DNA of 64,000 nt from the NCBI GenBank assembly GCA_951406725.2, contig OX597820.1, positions 98,270,001 to 98,334,000 on the forward strand, written 5' to 3'. Numbering within the stretch: position 1 is the stretch's first letter; each line of letters starts with the position of its first letter. The notes below the pieces were generated by a model. The model ran no database searches. It saw only the letters and a list, made by a program, of their open reading frames with translations, and was not told the DNA's origin. Shown here in pieces: positions 14,719-27,139 of the stretch. The position numbers were made by a program, and so were the translations under genes. The DNA is from Octopus vulgaris. Lineage: Eukaryota.

Positions 14719-15139
14719 TAATAATAATGATAGTGGCGATAATAGGCAAAGTTGAGACATGAAATAAATAACAAATTAGAAGTTTCATATACTTGAATGC
14801 TCAAATGAACACTTAGTCTCAATTGCGTATAGGAATATAATTATATGACTGCAATACAACCAGAAAGTACATCTACATTGCTAGAATTGTTAAAAGTGAG
14901 GGAATGGTAGTAATATTCTTTTTCTTCCATTGGAACAGCTAGCTATATAGTAACATAAATCGTTAATCATGTTCACTGAACATGAATGTGTCTCTAAAAG
15001 CCTGCTGGTGCTTTACAAACATTTTGACAAATGGAACAAGTTAAGGTCTCAATTTTCTTGAGTGCTTGTGGATCATTTACTATTTTTTTTTTAGTGGACG
15101 GCAAGGCCTGCTTTGCTTCGTGTCACAAAACCACAAGAC

Positions 15140-15300
15140 CTATGTGCGTGTGTATGTGTGTGTGTGAGTGTGTCTTTGTGTCTGTGATTGTCCTCCCATC
15201 ATCGTTTGACAACAGGTGTTGGTGTGTTTACGTCCCTATAACTTGGCAGTTCAGCAAGAGAACCCGACAGAATAAATACTAGGCTTAAGAAATAGCATTT
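15140..15300 (+). mobile_element. SINE family C, 3' half
   Basis: TTTGACAACAGGTGTTGGTGTGTTTACGTCCC..CGACAGAATAAATACTAGGCTT matches the family C body. Confidence 0.7.
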
Positions 15301-15765
15301 CAGCTCTTATTTCTAGCAGTGTAAGTGTCTTAAACCCCTTAGTCGCATTTATATTTTTTCTTATGGTAGCTCATTGCGCATGGGTGTTTATATTAATCTT
15401 TGCACAGACACACATACACGCATGCACACACACGCACACACACACACATACACACACACACACGCACTTATAGACACATATTTATTGTTAACTTCATATA
15501 TATATTTATATGCAAAAGTAATAATTTCAAATTTGGATAAACACCATGTAGCATGCCGTTTAAAGCCTGTTCACTGTATTCGGTTACCTTTTGACACGTC
15601 CTCTAACGAGACAAATCTGCAACTGTGATGCACCACAATTGCTTGTACAGCATCTCACCCGTGAAGCACTGGCGCAAGATGCGTCGAAACCTTTCGTAGT
15701 GAATAATAGTCTCGTCAATGGCATGTACATATGTATGCATGTATGTATCACATACACACACATAG

Positions 15766-15809
<44 letters not shown>

Positions 15810-15928
15810 GTTGGCCTGCTCGCTTAGCCAGCGGGGTGGCGTCATTTGAAGGCTAAAACAATGCGAAGCGCATTGTGACCAGCGATGTGTAGCAACATCT
15901 GATAGTCTGTTCGGTCACAGTGGTCATG

Positions 15929-15932
<4 letters not shown>
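15810..15932 (+). mobile_element. SINE family A tail type 2, 5'-truncated, within (TA)n
   Basis: Reverse complement of 33687-33800. Confidence 0.8.
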
Positions 15933-15987
<55 letters not shown>

Positions 15988-16015
15988 ATGCATATGTATG
16001 TATATGCATATATGT

Positions 16016-16253
16016 GTGGAGGCGCGTGGCTTAGTCGTTATGTTGTCAGCATCATGATCGTAAGATTGTGGTTTCGGTTCCTGGACCGGGCGACGCGTTG
16101 CGTTCTTCAGCAAAACACTTTATTTCACGTTGCTCCAGTTCACTCAGCTGGCAATAATGAGTAACGCTGCGATGGGAACACATACGCCATTGAAACCGGG
16201 AAACCGGGCCCATGAGTCTGGCTAGGCTTTAAAAGCGCGCATTTATTTATTTT
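16016..16253 (+). mobile_element. tRNA-headed SINE with tail type 3 (V-domain-like)
   Basis: tRNA-like head GGAGGCGCGTGGCTTAGT..GGTTTCGGTTCC; 3' part GAGTAACGCTGCGATGG..GAAACCGGGAAACCGGGCCCATGAG shared with 33980-34105; (TTTA)n tail. Confidence 0.85.
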
Positions 16254-16819
16254 ATCATGTGCATGCATAGTCAAAGACAGCGGGAAAGAATGTGTGGGGT
16301 CTGTGTGTCTGAGAGAGAAAGAGAGATTTGTGCGTGTATATATTTGTTGAAGAATGTTAAAGCAAGCATAGTATAGATAGTCACCAGGTCATACTCAGAT
16401 AAATCCGAAACTTAAGGTCAGAAGCTTCCATCTAGCTTCAGTAGCCCTGATGAGCGATGTCACTTATAAGAGCGATCTACGTTCAAACAAACTAAAATGG
16501 GTGTTAGTAATGTACTTAAGTGGAACCTCGCGTGTATAAATATATAAAGTACAGTTGTTTCGAATAGATAATACTAGTGCGGCCTTTGAAGAGGATAACG
16601 ATATTTCGTACAATGAATGGCTCCGAATCAGTTCAAGCCAATACAGCTACAATATCAATGGATCTTATGCCACAATATACATGGTTATGGCACCAGATAT
16701 TGTGTATTCGAAACACCTGTAAATATAATGCTTGATTACATCATACATACGCTTTTTATATGCAGCTTTTTTACACCTACATTTGCTTATCAGCATTTTC
16801 TGCTTCCGTATGCGCGTAA

Positions 16820-17660
<841 letters not shown>

Positions 17661-17771
17661 AATTCTTTTGCTTTTAATAGTGCATATCAAACACGATAAA
17701 AGTTTAAAAGAAACGCGTAGGGATAGCGCCACTAATCAATACTTGTTAATTAATATATTTATGCTTTAAAA

Positions 17772-18000
17772 CAGCGGTCTTCAAGCGGGGTCCATATAAG
17801 GTTTTATTAAAGTATGTGTAATAAATTGGTTGCATTCTACAATACACAAAGTATTTGAACATTTTCTTATACCATTCCTAGCAATATTTAATTATAAAAA
17901 TATAATAGGATTTTTGAAAATATGAAATGGCTTTGTGGGTCCATCTGTGTAAAACAGGAATCAAAGGGGTACATAGGTAAAAAAGGGTTGATAACCACTG
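17772..18000. mobile_element. hAT (Charlie-like) MITE
   Basis: Imperfect TIRs CAGCGGTCTTCAAGC / GGTTGATAACCACTG; 8-bp TSD-like CTTTAAAA / CTTTAGAG. Confidence 0.7.
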
Positions 18001-18206
18001 CTTTAGAGTAAATCGTCAGGTTGTACACAGGACATACTGAGCGTGATATCGGATAATGAATATTGTGTCATCATAAGCACTCGGAGTTGAGTATTCGTTA
18101 AGATGTTATAGCTTTCTTGGAGCTATATAAGTGAAGTGTATAGCGAATGAAGTGTATAGCAGATAACATTAAAGCACATAGAGTTGGTTACATGCAAAAC
18201 AATATA

Positions 18207-18416
18207 AGAGAGGTGCTGAAAAGTTTATAGCTTTACGGGTATAGTGGAAGGCTTGATTGAGACCCAACCTTCTGAATTCTTTTATATAAAAACTGAAGGG
18301 CCGCTGCAATAAGTGTGTGAATCTGACGGGGAGGTTATGTTGAATAAAATGACAATTAACTGATCCTCCCGTATTTTCTTTTAATGAAAAGCCAGGAACT
18401 TTTCAGCATACCCTCG
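18207..18416 (+). mobile_element. Mariner-derived MITE
   Basis: TIRs GAGAGGTGCTGAAAAGTT / AACTTTTCAGCATACCCTCG; internal remnant of transposase C-terminus RCNKCVNL.G.YVE*; second copy at 62222-62441. Confidence 0.75.
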
Positions 18417-18508
18417 GATATTGAAACAATACAATTTGAAAGTGAAAACGTTGCCCAGAGACAAATACATATGTAAATGGATATATTTTTACGCTTAAAG
18501 CAAAATAA

Positions 18509-18871
18509 ACGCACAGACACGGCTGACTAGTAAGAACCTCATGGTTCTGAGTTCAGTCCCACTGCATGACACCTTGGGCAAGTGTTTTCTACTACAGCCT
18601 CGACCAAAATCTTGCGAGTGGATTTGGTCTTGCGAGTGGATTTAGAATTAAACTAAGCCATCGTGTATATATATATATATATATATATATAAAGAGAATT
18701 CACAAAAGACGAAGTCACGTGGTGTAGACAACAAACAGCTGTAGTACTATAACGCTCGGGAAGTGAAAAAGTCTTTAACGTTTCAAGCCTACGCTTTTCC
18801 ACAGAAAGGAAGACAGAAAGAAACAAGGAGAGAAAATAAAGAATGTGTAGTGGCTAGCGATCTACATGGCG

Positions 18872-18924
<53 letters not shown>

Positions 18925-19128
18925 TTTATAAATATGTATGTATGGGTATATTTGTCCCTCACCACCGTTTGTATTCATATAACTTAGCGATTCGGCTAAA
19001 CAGACTGATAGAATAAATACCAGGCTTAACAAAAATAAGTACTGAGGTCGAATCATTCCATTAAAAGTTCTTTAACGCGGTATCCCAGCATAGCCTCAGT
19101 TTAATGACTAAAAGAATTAAATAAAAAG
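18509..19128 (+). mobile_element. SINE family C, interrupted in its internal (TA) tract by a hammerhead-like element
   Basis: Head and body 18509-18665, tail 18895-19128, collinear with 43491-43894. Confidence 0.8.
18692..18871 (-). mobile_element. (TA)n-embedded ~180-bp element type HA with hammerhead-like motif
   Basis: Homologous to 45106-45300 and 42392-42586; minus strand CUUU-CUGUGGA-A-AAGC-GUAG-GCUU-GAAA-CG-UU-AAAG. Confidence 0.75.
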
Positions 19129-19790
19129 ACATACAAAGAAATAAAACGAACTTCACATATATACAAATGTGTCTCCTTATATCCATACATGTAGAACAAC
19201 ATGTATATAGGTACAAAGATGTGTTTATAAATATATTCATACGTACATATTTGTGAGAAGATATACTGGTATATAGATACAAAGATGCCTACTCATGTAC
19301 ATACCGATATACATACAAATATAGATCAATGCATATTCATAGATGTGCACATTTATAAGCATACAAATAAAATAGTAAAATTAGATAACTGGACATACAA
19401 CCGCTAGATCATTCCAGGTATATATAAAAGTAAGGAGACAGATAGCCAAACAGATATATGCAAAAGACAATCCCGACTATAGATATTTATTAACCTTATT
19501 AGTGTTTTAGTTTTATTTTTCTTGTGTAGTCAAGAATCAAATTACAGGTATCGTACTCCCAGTGGTCGCGATAATTACAAGGAAGATAAGCTTTTTATAT
19601 ATACTGTTTGGTGTGTTTAGAAATCTGAAATTGAAATTTAGGAAATTTAAAGTAAAAATCGCATATATGTTTTTCTAATCGGTGATAATCATATATATTA
19701 CGAGTCTAACTTTGATAAACGGCTCTCCAGCCGTGAAGAAACCATCTTTTGTCATGCATTATATATCTAGGATAATACGTAACATTATTC

Positions 19791-19838
<48 letters not shown>

Positions 19839-20476
19839 CTGTGTAATTCGATTTGAGGAAAATTTGGTTTACGGATCCTATGGCCTAATGGGGTTTAATT
19901 AAGCTTTAATTCCTACAGTAGAAATATGACATTGATATAGTGCAGATGTCTGATACTTTTGCATATGCTTTGTGAGCACAAACTACATTTTTGCAGGCTT
20001 TCACAACAAAAAAATAAATCTAAGATTTTTAAAAGATGACATCTAAGAAACTGCTGAAGAAAGCTGAATCGTATGCTGTTCAGTTTACGCCTGATAAATT
20101 CTGGTATGATACAAAAATGCCTTCATCGATGCTGAACAGAAAGAACGCCCATTTTTAATACTTTCCACGCCTGTTTATAAACTTAACCTCACAATCATAT
20201 GTCTGATGTTTATTTCATATTCGCTATTCAAAATAATGTGCACAAACTGAAGATTTTGTTGAAGGTTACATACATAATCAATGAAATAAATTATAAACGT
20301 TAGGTGAGGACGGGGATGTTGACCATTTGAAAAACCGACAACAAAATGCATAGTCTTCCTTTCTGATTTTCAACCAAAGCCTTCCCATACATACATACAT
20401 ACATACATACATACATACATACATACATACATACATACATACATACATACATACATACATACATACATACATACAT

Positions 20477-20790
20477 CGAAACCTCCTGCTTCTATATCCA
20501 GACTATGAATTCATATTCATACCAATAATGATTGGAGCACTAGGTTTTTTTAGTAAATGCTTAAAGGAGAATCTGGATAAACTGGAATTTTCTGAAAGAG
20601 AAAACGACCGGCTAATTCGCACATTACAAGTGCAATCTGTAAGTGGAACAGTAAAAGTTGCAAGACTTTTCTCAAGTTCCAAATCTAAATTCGTCTGTCT
20701 CAACTACATCGCAAAGATGGAGCCTTGTATCTTTGTTGGAAACCGGCTCTCTCCTCAGTGGAAAATTTAAAATATCAAAAACTAGAAGAG
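20477..20790 (+). pseudogene. RLE-type LINE 3' end embedded in (TACA)n
   Basis: RNLLLLYPDYEFIFIPIMIGALG..RLIRTLQVQSVSGTVKV; paralogous to 20894-21349; (TACA)n/(TCCA)n on both sides. Confidence 0.7.
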
Positions 20791-20893
20791 ACATCCATCC
20801 ATCCATCCATACATACATACATACATACATACATACATACATACATACATACATACATACATACATACATACATACATGCATACATACATACA

Positions 20894-21349
20894 CAGATGC
20901 TACGTGCAGTTGGGGAAATCTAAAGATCATTAAAAAAAGAAGTTTAAGATCGTTGAAAAAGAGAATACTTACGCTGAACTATTAAGAAATTTGAAGTTAC
21001 TCTATCAAGATTATAAGTTCAGGTTTATACCTGTAATTACTGGGGCACTGGGATATTTAACACACTGCCTAAATACCAATCTTGAGAAATTAGCCTTCTC
21101 AAAACCAGAGAGGAGAAAGCTGAGTCAAAGACTACAAATTCAAGCCATCATTATATGAGAATGTCTAGACATGCTACTATATGCATGAAAATACATGCAT
21201 AAAACAAAACAGACAAACCTTCACGTGTATATACATGCAAATATACCCTGTTGATGTTGTTGAAATTCCAATGAAGGAGCCTTGGATTTAAGTTGGAAAC
21301 AGGTTCTTTCTTTATTGGCAAGAAATCTTGAAATAAAACTGAATTATGA
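20894..21349 (+). pseudogene. RLE-type LINE 3' end embedded in (TACA)n
   Basis: EKENTYAELLRNLKLLYQDYKFRFIPVITGALG..KPERRKLSQRLQIQAI plus 3' UTR shared with 36807-37200. Confidence 0.75.
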
Positions 21350-22232
21350 TATACATACATACATACATTTATAAAATGCTAAGATAAAAATTAGAAGGAA
21401 ATTAGAAATCCCGGTTTCAACATAGATAGTTATCTTCACTGGACCCGATTTTAATAGATTAATTTGTCTTTTCTTATTCACATTATCATTTAATCTCCAC
21501 TTAACGACTTATTGTTTATACAGACAACAACCTTGCGAAGTTTTCCCTTTTCATCTGCTTAAGTTATATAACCCGTCAATATTTTCTTTTTCCTAAAATC
21601 TCATATACTGACAAAAATCATACCTGAGTCCTGGTAAGTATGAAAAAGACTATTCTACACTGAGGAGGTCTAATATAACTAAAACATGTCAAAATCTATA
21701 GGTGTACTACTGAAAATCAGACTTATGTCTCAATGCTTGTCTCCAATCGATTCCTAAACCGAATTTCCGAATTGTCAACATTGTCTTTCCTAACAATAAC
21801 TATCACTAAAGCTTTTCTCTTCGTTACAAGTGTAATTTTAATTAATTAAACATTTGTAATGGTCTTGTTCTTGCCCTCCGCACACAACGCCCGACGGATC
21901 GTTGTGGACTTGTCGTGGCATTTTTACACCTGATGGAGTTCATCCCTTCTCCAAGTTTCATCACAACTAATTTCTTTCAGGAGTGGATTACAGAGAGACA
22001 GACAGACAAACAGACAAAAATAGAGAGAGTAAGGATAGGTCAGCCCCAGTACAGGTCTAGTGCTTTATATATCGACACAGAAGTTTTGAAAGTGAAACTT
22101 CATCTTGTAGGTATGTGCAGAAAGACGAAACGAACACTGCGAAGATAACGACACGCTAACGATTCGCTTAATACGTCAAATAACTAGAGTCGTATTACCT
22201 ATAGTAAATATTACCTCCACGTTACTGGAAAT

Positions 22233-22559
22233 ATAGCCTTTGCCATTTGCTATTTCTGAGCCTAGACTCCGCTGATGTAAAAGCTAGTTAGAAATACGCA
22301 ACATCACTTATTAGCATTATCAACTTCAACGACCATGTGCCACTGAGAGAACTTACTCCGTTTTGCTGGACAAACTATAACTTGCAGCTAAATTTCCTCC
22401 AAACCACATAGCCTTTGCCATTTGCTATTTCTGAGCCTAGACTCCTCTGATGTAAAAGCTAGTTAGAAATACGCAACACGACCATGTGCCACTGAGAGAA
22501 CTTACTCCGTTTTGCTGGACAAACTATAACTTGCAGCTAAATTTCCTCCAAACCACATA
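22233..22559. repeat. Tandem duplication of a 175-bp unit, second copy with ~25-bp deletion
   Basis: 22233-22410 is almost identical to 22408-22559. Confidence 0.92.
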
Positions 22560-23111
22560 TTACTGTCTTACAAGGAAAATAATACATGCGATATGTCCGC
22601 GTGTACGTTATGTCCGAAAACTGGATAATGATGACTAGATTAGCTTTGCTCTTGTGTTGCCCAACTAAGACTGAGCTGGGACTAAGCAACAACAACATCA
22701 ACACTCTAGCGTCGACAACTGTAATCAGAATAGGAATAAAACATCAAGCTAGAGTGTGTACTTAAATGTAGTCACTCACCCTACTCAATGAGTGATATCT
22801 ATTTTTCAAATAAAGACAGTAATTGGAAGTCTTAAATCAACTGTTCCTTAAATTGGGAGATAATACCGCCCTAGAGGCGTGATGAGGTCACAAAGGAATG
22901 CAAAATGTCAAGGGAGCGCCATGTTGATGCTGGGTGTTTAGAGGACTCATGAATTTTCTTAGAAATAAAATATTTTAGACAAACACAATACTTATGTCGT
23001 AAATACATTTTCTAGATATCTTTCTTGGGATTATAATATGAGTAGTGTATTGAAACATGAAAGACAATGCACCAAGACCTAATATAGCTTCAATATTATA
23101 TATAAGCTCTC

Positions 23112-23330
23112 AAAGGCGGTGAGATGGCAAAATCGTTAGAGCCAAAAAAAAAAAACGTTTTACGGCAATCGTTCCAACATTTCATGTTTACAGAACAAAT
23201 CATGCCGAGGTCGACACTACCTTTTATTCTGTCGGAGATGATTAAGTAAAATACCAGTCTAAGTACTTGGGCCAATTGCATTGCCAATATCCTTTAAAGC
23301 TGCTGACCTTCTGACTAAATTTCAAGTCAT
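23112..23330 (+). mobile_element. SINE family B, degraded
   Basis: AAGGCGGTGAGATGGCAAAATCGTTAG..GCCGAGGTCGACACTACCTTT. Confidence 0.65.
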
Positions 23331-24213
23331 TATATAATTTCTCACCGTCTTCGGTACGGTAATTTCTATTAAAATTTAACATAGCGGACATACAAAAAGG
23401 GACATGCCAATATATGAAAAGAGACACGTGCATGTGGGGCAAATATAAGAAAATACGGATAATAAACCACTGCACAAAATTAGCTGTTGTTTGATTAAAA
23501 TAGTCCTCTTATTTGGGTCTTTGAGGGAGGATGTTAAAATATGTGAAGGAAGCCTTTGTAAAATAATATTTGGGTAAAGAGGAGCATTGAGGTTCTGAAT
23601 CACAACCCTAAATCTTTGCATTAAGATATATGTCAAATAAAGATGGATTTTAAATGCTAAAATGCTAATAACTTGTTTTGTGTTATCCCAAGTATAACTG
23701 ATCAGCTATACGTAAGAGAAATGTTTTTCATATTAGTTACAGCAACAACAACAGCAGCAGCCACAGCAGAGTCAGCAATAGCAACAGCAACATCATCGAC
23801 AACAAGACCTTCAAAATTTTTTGAAAGTAAATTTCACGGATTTTTGATATCTGAATAATTCAGTGGGTGTGAAAAGAGTATTTGTCATTCCTAATGTTTA
23901 TGGCTACACCCAATCCGATGTCTAGTCACACCCAATCAAGCATAGACCACACATGCCCCAGCCTTAATATTTACTGTCATCCCCAGCAAGCAAACAACGT
24001 AAAAGAAAACATTCTGTGACCACACCCAAAGCGACAACTACGATGATTTAACTCTTCTATCAGATGATCACACCCTTATTAGGCAATATATTAATACCCC
24101 ACCCTTATCAATGCTTTCCATAACCACGAATCGCTTAGTCTGATAGATATAACAGCTAGGTATTCTTCAGTCACATTCCCTCGTCTTTGATACCACCAAC
24201 TGCGATGATGTAA

Positions 24214-24817
24214 TTCTTCTTATTTCTTTATTGCCCACAAGGGACTAAACATAGAGGGGGCAAACAAGGACAGACAAAGAGATTAAGTCGATTACATCGA
24301 CCCAAGTGCGTAACTGGTACTTAATTTATCGACCCCGAAAGGATGAAAGGCAAAGTCGACCTCGGTGGAATTTGAACTCAGAACGTAACAGCACACGAAA
24401 TACCTATTTCTTTATTACCCACAAGGGGCTACACACAGAGGAGACAAACAAGGACAGACAAACGGATTAAGTCGATTATATCGACCCCAGTGCGTAACTG
24501 GCACTTAATTTATCGATCCCGAAAGGAGGAAAGGCAAAGTCGACCTCGGTGGAATTTGAACTCAGAACGTAACGGCAGACGAAATACCTATTTCTTTATT
24601 ACCCACAAGGGGCCAAACATAGAGGGGACAAACAAGGACAGACATAGGTATTAAGTCGATTACATCGATCCCGGTACGTAACTGGTACTTAATTTATCGA
24701 CCTCGAGAGGATGAAAGGCAAAGTGGATCTCGGCGGAATTTGAACTCACAACGTAACGACAGACGAAATACCGCTAAGCATTTCACCCGGCGCGCTAACG
24801 TTTCTGCCAGCTCGCCG
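24214..24817 (-). mobile_element. SINE family B trimer (one head, three 184-bp bodies)
   Basis: Units start at 24221, 24405 and 24589; TSD (G)CGATGATGTAA at 24202-24213 and 24817-24828. Confidence 0.92.
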
Positions 24818-25839
24818 CGATGATGTAACTTTCTATCAAGTACTCACTCACATAGGATGCAGTATACTAATAACCCCTTTCCCCTTTTCATTCATTTCCA
24901 TAAACAGAAATACCTTGATCTACTTGATATAGCAGCTAGGTATCCCTCATTTGTATCTACTGGCAGCTACTGTATCAGAACATTAGCCTGGAAAATTTAT
25001 ATTAATTTACATTGATATCAAATCACGCGGTAAGCGATTTAGCTTTCATCCTCTGTAGGACTTTATCTACCAGCAATAAAGGCCATTCGATCGTCAATAC
25101 GCTCCGCGCTTAAGGTACATATCACTTTATGACTCTTCTATATAGAGTTTATTATACCATAGTTAGCCAATTCTTAATGAAGTTAACATAACTTTCCATT
25201 AGTTTCCAGGTGAGAATGTGTAAATATGTATGCATGTGTGAGTCAATGTGTACGTGTATATACATAGACGTATGCATGCCTGTATTTGACTTCTTGTGTA
25301 GCACATTGGTGAATGTATATGACTGAGTGACTATGTACACGTTCATGCATGTGAGTGTACACAAATGTTTGTATGTGTGTCACTCACCCACACACACACA
25401 AAATCACACACACACATCTAAACTAGTTATCATTTTCAAAATATTAGCCATATATAATGTCAAAAATAACAGCTAGTTATGATGTAAAGAAACTGTAACT
25501 TCGTCAATTACAAAATGATGATTATCTGCAGCCAAATGAAACCGGTATATTACACAAGCATTACATTTCATTCAAAAAGATTATTTTTACCATAAAGATT
25601 TTAGTGGAATTTCTGTTTTCAAACAATTTATCACGTGGAGAAATTCTTGATATTTTTTATGTATGTATGTATGTATGTATGTATGTATGTATGTATGTGT
25701 GTATGTATGTATGCATGTATGTTCATACATGCATACGCTAGAGTAAGCATGGTATAGATATTCAGCGAATACATAAATGAGACTTAAATTTAACTTCTTC
25801 ATCAAGAGCATGTGTCTCCGATGCGCTGGCCAATGGAAC

Positions 25840-25920
<81 letters not shown>

Positions 25921-25972
25921 TATTATTATTATTATTATTATCATTATTATTATAATTATAATTATAATAATA

Positions 25973-26336
25973 CTTCCTAATTGACGTATCAATACCAACA
26001 GATGACAACGATTCTCTAAAGGAAATGGAGAAACTTTCAAAATACAAAGACCTGGAAATAGAGGTAACTCGAATGTGGAGTCTAAAAACAGAAACAATTC
26101 CTATCATAGTGGGTGCATTATGTATGATAAAAAGATATTCAGACAAATACATAACAAATACACCAGGACTAACAAATATACATAACATACAGAAAATAGC
26201 ACTACTAGACACTGTACACATCCTACGTAAAACACTTTCAATACGGTAATCATAAGAACATCACAGCAAACCATAGCACATACCCAAGGCTCACAGAGCC
26301 GCGCTCAGTAGTGCAGTGAAAGCACGTTATGAAAAT
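25973..26336 (+). pseudogene. R4/Dong-like LINE 3' end embedded in (TAA)n
   Basis: FLIDVSIP..EKLSKYKDLEIEVTRMWSLKTETIPIIVGAL..ILRKTLS*; same 3' UTR as 14390-14490; (AAT/ATT)n on both sides. Confidence 0.88.
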
Positions 26337-26406
26337 AACAATAACAATAATAATAATAATAATAACAACAACAACAATAATAATAATAATAATAATAATG
26401 ATATTG

Positions 26407-26482
<76 letters not shown>

Positions 26483-26740
26483 TTGCCAAGGACCTTTTGA
26501 GCGGGATAGGCTACTCGATTCGAAGAAAATTCTAACTGGGCCCCACCTACAAGTTCATGATCTGTTTATCTTGATATGAGATCACTATGTCGCGCACATA
26601 CTGTCGTGATGCATGTACCTGGTGCAACCTCCTCAGACGGTTAATGATGATGGATATGTTAGGTTTCATATGTTTGCACCATATTGTTACTTTGATAGCA
26701 TGCACTGCTCTCCCACTCAGTGATATTAATAATAATAATA

Positions 26741-26772
<32 letters not shown>

Positions 26773-26782
26773 AATAATAATA

Positions 26783-27139
26783 AGTCTTAGCACCTGCAGA
26801 ATATAAAGCAAGACATGACAGAGTCGACCAGTATTTACATTGGACAACATGTCGGTATTATAAAATCAAAACCGCTGACAAATGGTATAAACACCATCCT
26901 GAAGCTGTGACTGAGGGAGAAAATGTGTCGATTCTATGGGATTTCCCTGTACAGACCGACAAGACTATAAAAGCTAATAAACCGGATATTATTATAAAAG
27001 ATCAGACAAAAAAGATGACTTTATTAATTGACATGAGTATCCCTTGCGATCACAATATAGACGCGAAAGAATTTGACAAGATTAGTAAATATAAAGACCG
27101 GCTAATAGAAATTGAAAAAATGTGGCATCTCAAGGCGAC
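26783..27139 (+). pseudogene. RLE endonuclease domain fragment of another R4/Dong-like subfamily
   Basis: RHDRV..WYKHHPEAV..ILWDFPVQTDKTIKANKPDIII..LIDMSIP..KYKD; begins right after (GAT)/(AAT)n. Confidence 0.85.

Noticed and set aside
16440-16490. CTGATGAGC as a hammerhead core (also CTGATGA near 4784)
   Set aside because: No correctly placed GAAA, stem III or stem I partner
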